Position numbers and translations under genes: made by a program. Below are positions 55,615 to 64,000 of a stretch of DNA of 64,000 nt, in pieces. The stretch covers positions 37,324,001 through 37,388,000 of the forward strand of contig OX597831.1 in assembly GCA_951406725.2 (NCBI GenBank). The letters are read 5' to 3'. The notes beneath the pieces are model-generated. The model had not been told where the DNA came from. It ran no database searches and saw only the letters and a list, made by a program, of their open reading frames with translations. This stretch comes from Octopus vulgaris (taxonomy: Eukaryota). The first letter of the stretch is position 1. Each line of letters begins with the position of its first letter.

Positions 55615-57250
55615 AACAATAATAAGTACAAGACCTACTGCAAACGGGAGCCTCTAAACAATTACACATCTTGCTATAAATAGTTACCAAATTTCACACA
55701 TATCGTTTAGTAATGTTATTTTAAAAATGGTGGATATTGCATATTGTTGTTCTCAGTATTATTGTTGACGGCGGTGTAAGGTTTATGGCGTCAATGTTTC
55801 ATCCTTACTGGGTTTCATTAGAGTGAATGTAATATATGCAAAAAAAATCATAGCCAACAAATACAAACAAAACTACCAAGAGTTCGCATTTAATAGGGAA
55901 TCTTTCAAAAATATTTTTACTGTTAAAGTATCATTTGTAGTCGCTTTAGAGGAACGACTATTATTAACTCTACGAAAATTAGCATTGCTGATCTGAACTG
56001 ATTTAGTCTGAAGGAAAAAACAATGGACATTCAATTTCTGTTTCTGTTCTTCAGTTGGAAATAAATTATCTGTTACTGAACAGAACGAATTCGTTTTTGT
56101 AGTTAGAATTTTGCACACGTGACAATTTGATAATTCCGTGCATGTCATATCAGAAAGAGATTCCTCACGCGAATACTAGATCTGATCGAATATGTCGATT
56201 TAAAAATAGACACACTGACAATGAAGACAGATAAAGTAGGAAGGTGCTTAGATACGGCTGAAACAATTTTGATCATTGATGATTGGATCAGCACTTACCT
56301 GGGGTTTAAATAAATCAACAACAAAAAGTGAATCCGTTTTAGATTAATATTTACAGTTCGTAATAGATAGTAAAATTTTATCATGATTTAATTTCAAAAG
56401 CATAAAATTGAGTAAGTTTAAAACTATGTAATTGTATTATGGAATTATGAAAATATCAGAAACATCAAATATTTTACTGCATAAAAATATTTAATTTTTG
56501 GCAGAATATGCTGAGATTTGTACTGCATATGTACCTAAGCAAAAATTCGTTCAATCATTTAATCACCATATTCTCCACCCACTCTACACAACTAACTAAC
56601 ATCCAACAATGATATATCTGGTTCAATATATGGAATTAATATATCAGCCATATTTTCAGAAAGAAAAAACAAATAGAGAATATATAAATTCCATTCGTTA
56701 CGAGCTGAAACGAAAACTAGCTTAATTTAATTACGAAATGAAAAAAAGAACTAAATATTCGGTCGCTCAAATTCCCTATAGATATGATTGTTCATTTATT
56801 TACTATTAAGAGAAATTAGTGGCTTTGTAATTACTCTATGTTTGCAATGATAAATGGATACTCAAGTTCTTTTGTTTCTTTCGAGAAATCATATCAGTAA
56901 CGTGTATTCAATATTAGGGGATACATTTTGCAACATTTGGATTCCTAAGTTTGATAATCATTAATTTTAGATGTGCCATTCCTTAATTGATACGTCTTGT
57001 ATAGATTTTGAGAAAAGGATACAGTTGCTAAGACAACAGTTAACATGGCTCATTTTAAGGAGATATTTTTGAAAAAAATGTTTCCTTTTATGCTGAATTC
57101 AACGTAAAAGTAAAGATAATCAAATGTTAGCAATCCGTTCTTTCGCATTTCTCTATCATACTGCAACACTTTGAGAGTGCAGCATTACTGTTGCTAATAG
57201 CCACACTGGATACGTGTCTTTGTAAGGCAAACTCAGGGTAATGAGCAGCT

Positions 57251-57534
57251 AGTTGTTGTTGTTGTTTGTTCCTTCTCGAGCCACGCCTGGCTCATAAGGG
57301 CCGGTTCCCCGGTTTTCTTGGCGTATAGTTTCCCCACCTGGACGGGACGCCGGTCCGTCGCAGATGAGCTGCAGGATGCAGGAGGAAAGAGTGAGAGTCA
57401 GCAGATGTCCGCCATTACCTTCTGCCGGAGCCGCGTGAAGCTTAGGTGTTTCGCTCCTAAAACACACACATCGCCCGGTCTGAGATTCGAACCCGCGATC
57501 CTGCTGTTCTAACCACTAGGCCACGTGCCTTCAC
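57251..57534 (-). mobile_element. tRNA-derived SINE (family-C head, different tail) with (AAC)n end and imperfect TSD
   Basis: Minus strand gtggcctagtggttag ... gggttcgaatctc; TSD-like atgagcagctagt (57241) / atgcgcagcttgt (57536). Confidence 0.85.
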
Positions 57535-58098
57535 GATGCGCAGCTTGTCGAAACGTTGAACAATGCATGCATATCCAGAATCCTAGAACATCGAAGGTCT
57601 TCAACCTCCCCAGGACTGCTGATCTACAGCTTCTTTAGCTTTAGCGTAATTATCAGTGTTAAAGAACTAAACTCCGCATATTTCTTCTAATTATCCACAT
57701 CGTATTGATAGGTTTAAAGAAAACTTAACTACAACCGGAGTAAATAATGATTGATAATTGAGTACCAGCATAGAATAATTATTCGCGTGTGTATTTGTTT
57801 CCACTTACCTGCTTTCTTCAATTCAACGCATGACTTTTTTGAAGATCTGACCACCCTTAAATATAACATCTCCACGATATGAAAATTAAGTGATGCATCG
57901 AACAAAGCATTTTGCCGTATAGCATTTTTCTCATCTCGCGAAGCTTTGAGTTCATAACCTCTCAATATTAAGTCTGTATTTCATCCTTTCGGGGTCCGTA
58001 ACACAAAGTACAAATTCAAGCATTTGACACTATTTGGGTAACCCCTCTCTTAAATTTTCGGCATTGTACTTGTGTTAGAAACAGTATACATATATATT

Positions 58099-58155
<57 letters not shown>

Positions 58156-59088
58156 GAAGCTCCTAATGTATCATTTTGAAAATACTCAAGAATTAATGAT
58201 GCGTTTATATGCTTCGAAATCTCACCTATCTTTCTGTAGTGTTTCCTGCTTCTCGTTTTTTGCCGGATTAAGTGCAATGACAGCCGAAAAATGTTCAAAG
58301 AATTCTTCATTACCCCGAGAACACATGTGTATGTGGATTTGAAATCATATTAGAATTCTATGTTCCCATTCCATATGCGTAAAAAAGTCTGTCAAGCCAA
58401 TATAAAGGTACGCTAATGAGATCAAATTGATAAAAAAATATTCGTGGTTATCTAAAAACATTGATCTGGCTTCCTCCTGCTCACCATGCCGGGTAAATTT
58501 GAGAAATCAAAATAAATATTTTCTGAAATAATTCTCTCCCTCTTTTTCAAGAGATTCTCTCATGTTTCTAAATTTTTGTTCGCTTTCTCCAAATAAAAGA
58601 GAAAATCCGTTTAGCGGATCATCCGCTTACAGCATTAATCACAGCACTTTGTAATAGAATTAGCCAAATATATGGAATTGGCCGATTGTACTTATTTTCT
58701 AGGTTCATTTTTCTTTGTGTGATTATGCAAATAACATTTTCCAAAGATGATGGTGTCCCGTTTGTATATGCAATTCTGATTCGTTTAATCTATAATTCTT
58801 TTACTTGTTTTAATCATTAGACTGCATCCATGCTGGGGAACCTCCTTGAAATATTCTAGTCGAATGAACCGACCAAAAAACTATTTATTTCTTAAGCCTG
58901 ATAATCTACTGACGATCTATTTTGGCGAAACTGAGACATACACACACCAATAGGGGTTGTCAAGCGGTGACGGGAGACAAACTAGACACGCAAACACACA
59001 CATACACACACACACATACACACACACACACATACACACACACATACACACACATACACACACACATACACGCACATACACAAACATA

Positions 59089-59464
59089 GATGGTGTCCCA
59101 AAAGCCACTGGTGGGTTCTAATTTTTAATAACTTTCTAAACTTTACAAATAAATGCATGATATTTTGACACGATATAAAGGACATAGCAGAAGTTAATAT
59201 GTACAAGTCAAATTATGCAACACTACCACATCACATATGAAAAATGACATCGCATAAATGGCCCCCATTCCGGACGTGCGAAGTTGAAAATGGCTGCCAT
59301 TTAAGCGATGTCATCTTTCATGTGTGATGCAGTGGTGTTGCCAAATTTGACATGGGCATATTAATTATATACTTTATATTGTATCAAAATTTCATGCATT
59401 TCTTTTCAAAGTTAAGGAAGTTATTAAAAAACTGAAACCCATCAGAGCCTTTTGGGACACACAG
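59089..59464. mobile_element. Long-TIR fold-back MITE, Tc1/mariner-like ends
   Basis: gtgtcccaaaag ... cttttgggacac; arms pair imperfectly for ~170 bp around 59270-59290; TA at the ends. Confidence 0.8.
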
Positions 59465-59494
59465 TATACATACATACATGCATACACATATATA

Positions 59495-59800
<306 letters not shown>

Positions 59801-59801
59801 G

Positions 59802-59860
<59 letters not shown>

Positions 59861-60290
59861 TACATACAAACATTTATCTATCTATCTATCTATCTATATA
59901 TATATATATATACAAACACGACGTGCTTCTTTCAGAATCCGTCTACCAGATCAATTCCCGAGGCTATAGTGAAAAACACTTGCCCATTTTGCCACGTAGT
60001 AATTCGTATGTATAATATACTAACTGATCTTGTAATTTTAAATAGAGTAAGTTTAAAGTGCTCTGCTGATGCCGTGTAATACACGAAAAAATGTCAATTA
60101 TAACATCTGGAAGAAAAACAATGATTAAATATCATCTGAAAAGGCAAATTAATTCTGAGACGATAATTTAGATTTCTTGACATTATCTCATTTTTCATGC
60201 GAGTAGCTGACTATTGTTGCTAGGTCTTTCTTTTCTCCAGTACTATGAAAACTTTAGCGTAAAGCGTTAAGTACGTCACCACTTATAGAC

Positions 60291-60344
<54 letters not shown>

Positions 60345-60348
<4 letters not shown>

Positions 60349-60648
60349 TCGTCACCGTGCTCACCGTGACCGACCAGGCTATCAGATGTTGCTACACATC
60401 GCTGGTCACAATGCGCTTCGCATTGTTTTAGCCTTCAAATGAGACCAGCCCGCTGGCTAAGCGAGCAGGCCAACAGAAGAAAGAGTGAGAGAAAGTTGTG
60501 GCGAAAGAGTACCACCCCCTGCTGGAGCCTCGTGGAGCTTTAGGTGTTTTCGCTCAATAAACACTCACAACGCCTGATCTAGGAATCGAAACCGCGATCC
60601 TACGACCGCGAGTCCGCTACCCTAACCACTGGGCCATGGCGCCTCCAC
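60345..60648 (-). mobile_element. SINE family C, full length
   Basis: Minus strand tggcccagtggttagg (A box) ... ggtttcgattcc (B box); embedded in (TA)n. Confidence 0.88.
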
Positions 60649-61351
60649 ATATATATATATGAATGCATATCTTTATGTATATATCTATCTCTATCTCCTT
60701 TAGAGAGGTTTAGAAATATTGACATTCCTATTTTTGAAGACCAATGGATATGTTCCACTGAATACATGTAAATAAACCTTCACGCAGTCAGCAGCGACGC
60801 CTGTTTGGTTCGGCTACTCCACATTGAGAAGGAGCAATCACTCGGAAACTAGTCTGTGGGTGTTGAACCAGGAAGGGAAAGCTGCTGACCTCCCCTGTTC
60901 GAAGGTTGTAATGGACACAGTTTCCTGTGTCAAATAGTTAACTAGATGCGATGGCCTCTTGGAGTCAATCAACGACAGCATTCGTCCTATTATCCTGGAA
61001 TACTATGTTAGTTTAGCGATAACTTAATATAAATTTTATATATATATATATATATAAACTGTGTTATGTGCATTTATAGAACACGTGTCATATAGAAACT
61101 CAACAAACAATTAAAGATGGAGAAGAGGAGGTGCTATAAGTTTAAGAAGAATTTAATCCATGCATACGATCGTTTCGAACAGTAATATTGCTAACGGTTG
61201 TTTGAAAATGTAAATGAAAAGTGTTGAAGGAACACTCTCTCTACCTAAAGATAAATAATTAATTTATATTTATTCCATATAAAACATTTCTCATAGCACG
61301 TAAATATTATATATATATATATATTATATACATATACATACACACACACAC

Positions 61352-61429
<78 letters not shown>

Positions 61430-61557
61430 TACGTATATATGGATTTAAAACAGTTTGATTCAAACACGTAGGTACTCATACTGATTGACCCATACATGTA
61501 AATGCCACTAATTATGTGTATACACACACCCACACACTCATACACATATATATAACA

Positions 61558-61740
61558 TGTGGCAATTAGTTGGCTGTCATAATAGAACTCAGAGTTTCGG
61601 ATGACGGGGCTGAAGTTTGCTCAGGCATCCGGAACACTGAGTTTTATTATGTCAGCCAACTAATTGTCACACTTATGTACAGATAGATTCCTCTATCTTA
61701 CATAATATCGAGGTCTCATTCACTGTCTTGTTGCCATATT
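61558..61740 (+). mobile_element. Penelope-like 3' end with inverted 5' duplication (family of 13465-13640)
   Basis: Arms 61558-61603 and 61626-61671; shared downstream ttcctctat..tacataatatcgaggtctc. Confidence 0.7.
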
Positions 61741-61753
61741 ATTATTATTAATT

Positions 61754-61794
<41 letters not shown>

Positions 61795-61847
61795 ATGGGT
61801 ATATGTATATACATATACATACATATGTGTGTATGAATATATATCAG

Positions 61848-61931
<84 letters not shown>

Positions 61932-62323
61932 ATATATATCAGATAAATTCTCAGGAAATTAAGTGGCGACGGAATAATCAATTATCTTATAAACGTCATA
62001 TGCTTACATTTTTTTCTACTTTAGAGATGTATTGGCCTCATAGTTGAGTGCGCCTTATAACTTCAACAATCTCTCAAATATGAAGCGTATTTTCTTGGGG
62101 AAAACAATTACATGTATGCGTGTCCACAAAACAGTATTACCAATAAGACATGTATTTGGGGAATGAAATCCAGGAGTCCTTTCCATAATTAGAGGAAGGT
62201 TAATGTTAAAGTGTGTATAAGGATAGGTAAATTCATCTGTACAAAAACAGTAATTGAATAGATCTATCAGTATATATATATATATCTATATACATGTATA
62301 TATATATGTGATTGTGTGTGTGT

Positions 62324-62379
<56 letters not shown>

Positions 62380-62645
62380 TATATATTTACATATACTTGC
62401 GTATATGTACATGCACACACATATATCAACATATATGTACATGCACATCCTTTTAAAACTGTAACCACTTTAACAGTACCTGAATCGCCATCCCACTATA
62501 TCTACACATTCAAAGTAGTTTATCAGCTGCCTTCACTAATAACACACACTAATATGCTCAGTGACTACAACTAAATTCAAGCAACAACAGACAGAGAGGA
62601 CGTTCTTGTAGTTGAGATTTTAAACTTACAGAGACTATATTTACA

Positions 62646-62753
62646 TATCGCCTGAAGAAACACAACTAGATCTCATAATACAGGGAAAGAGTTAATATAA
62701 TCAATTACCTGCACTTCGGGAGAACTACGCTGCGTTGAAACAACTGTAGCAAT
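62646..62753 (+). ncRNA. Hammerhead-like motif with long stem-II insertion
   Basis: atcgc-CTGAAGA(62652)-aacaca...tgcgtt-GAAA(62737)-caactg-TA-gcaat, followed by aataaa. Confidence 0.5.
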
Positions 62754-62956
62754 TAAAAAATAAATGTCCAACTTTATTCCTTCTTGTTGATTCCAATATT
62801 TTCAAATATCTGTTCCCCCGAGACTGATGCCCAAATGCAAACCTGGAGGTTTGTTTAAAACTACTACTGGATGGCACAGAGGAAAATCTGAAGACGGATG
62901 AGCTTTATATCATACCCTCCTTCGTTCTGAACAGAATATACCATAACTATATACAT

Positions 62957-63000
<44 letters not shown>

Positions 63001-63205
63001 ATATACACATATATATATATATATATATGTATGTATAGCCCGTCGGATATAAACTATATCAAACACATGTACAAAAGCTATGTTTTGCCAGTTCGTGGGC
63101 AGGCTCAGATTATAAGCGCGAGGGAACATATCCTCATCAATTCGCCTGGTGTTAAAACACAAACCTTGTGTACGTGTGTTTGATTTTGTGAGTCTGTGTG
63201 TTTGA

Positions 63206-63257
<52 letters not shown>

Positions 63258-63837
63258 GTATATACTTTCATACCGGTTCACTGTTGTTCGTTTTGCTGTA
63301 AAATTAAAAGATATATTTATATATTCTATACTTCCCATAAATAATCAGGAAAATTACTTCGATTATATGTACTCAAGTGTTTTGTAGCTTATTGTGTGGT
63401 TTTAAGAGAAAATCTACTATTTATTTTTCATTTACCGACATGATTGCAATTCAAATTAGTATAATGATTCTAAATAAATAGCTGTAAATATTTCTATATT
63501 ATATGACTCCAATGTTGTGATGATCATTATAAATATTTACAAGTTAATTATATATGCAGACAGAGAATGTATATTCATTTCGTGTTTGTAACTCCTTACG
63601 CTACTCTTACAAAATTTAGAATTTCAACGGTCTTTTAAACTATTTAAAAATCCAAACAGGCATCGATCCCATTCTTTGCTGTTAATTTCATTAACTAATT
63701 GAGTGAAACTAACACTTCATTCATGCAGTTAAGCGAAACATATGACCATCTGTTACGAATTATTTTTAATTAATGCAATACATACACACCGTTGTTACAT
63801 TCCCAATTACATGTGTCTTCCAAAGTATAGTAATTCA

Positions 63838-63931
<94 letters not shown>

Positions 63932-64000
63932 ACTATTCTTATATATATATTATTTTACTATAAAATTGGATTCAATCCTAAATCTGATTTTTCCCTGTAA

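Noticed and set aside
56293-56303. ACTTACCTGG match to the U1 snRNA 5' end
   Set aside because: Match stops after 10 nt; no U1 body follows
55873-57870. Strong minus-strand splice-like signals (CAG|GTAAGT near 57810 and 56300; TTCCTTCAG near 56010)
   Set aside because: No consistent reading frame or recognisable protein could be assembled; chance occurrence is plausible
60560-60648. tRNA gene calls for the tRNA-like heads here and at 57480-57534, 23689 and 52910
   Set aside because: They continue into SINE bodies and tails and lack a complete acceptor stem; these are SINE heads

Overview
Very AT-rich, microsatellite-saturated animal non-coding DNA (intergenic or inside a very large intron). 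The SINE families and (TA)n/(TATC)n/(CA)n density resemble octopod cephalopod (Octopus-like) genomes; this is recognition from memory, not a database result. I find no supportable host protein-coding gene: nearly all listed ORFs are microsatellite read-through. Recognisable coding remnants are three LINE fragments (a decayed R4/Dong-like RT, a CR1-like RT C-terminus, and an intact R4/Dong-like restriction-like endonuclease 3' end embedded in (TAA)n) and two small mariner transposase C-termini. The window holds many copies of at least three tRNA-derived SINE families, several MITEs, a Helentron/DINE-like element and local duplications. The most interesting signal is a set of short, microsatellite-flanked elements carrying minimal type-I hammerhead-ribozyme motifs (Penelope-like pLTR pattern). 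These include non-canonical cores (a G3-C8 swap; CUGUCGA) and fold-back inversions whose pivot lies in or next to the ribozyme's own helices. All structures were folded by eye and need computational and biochemical confirmation.
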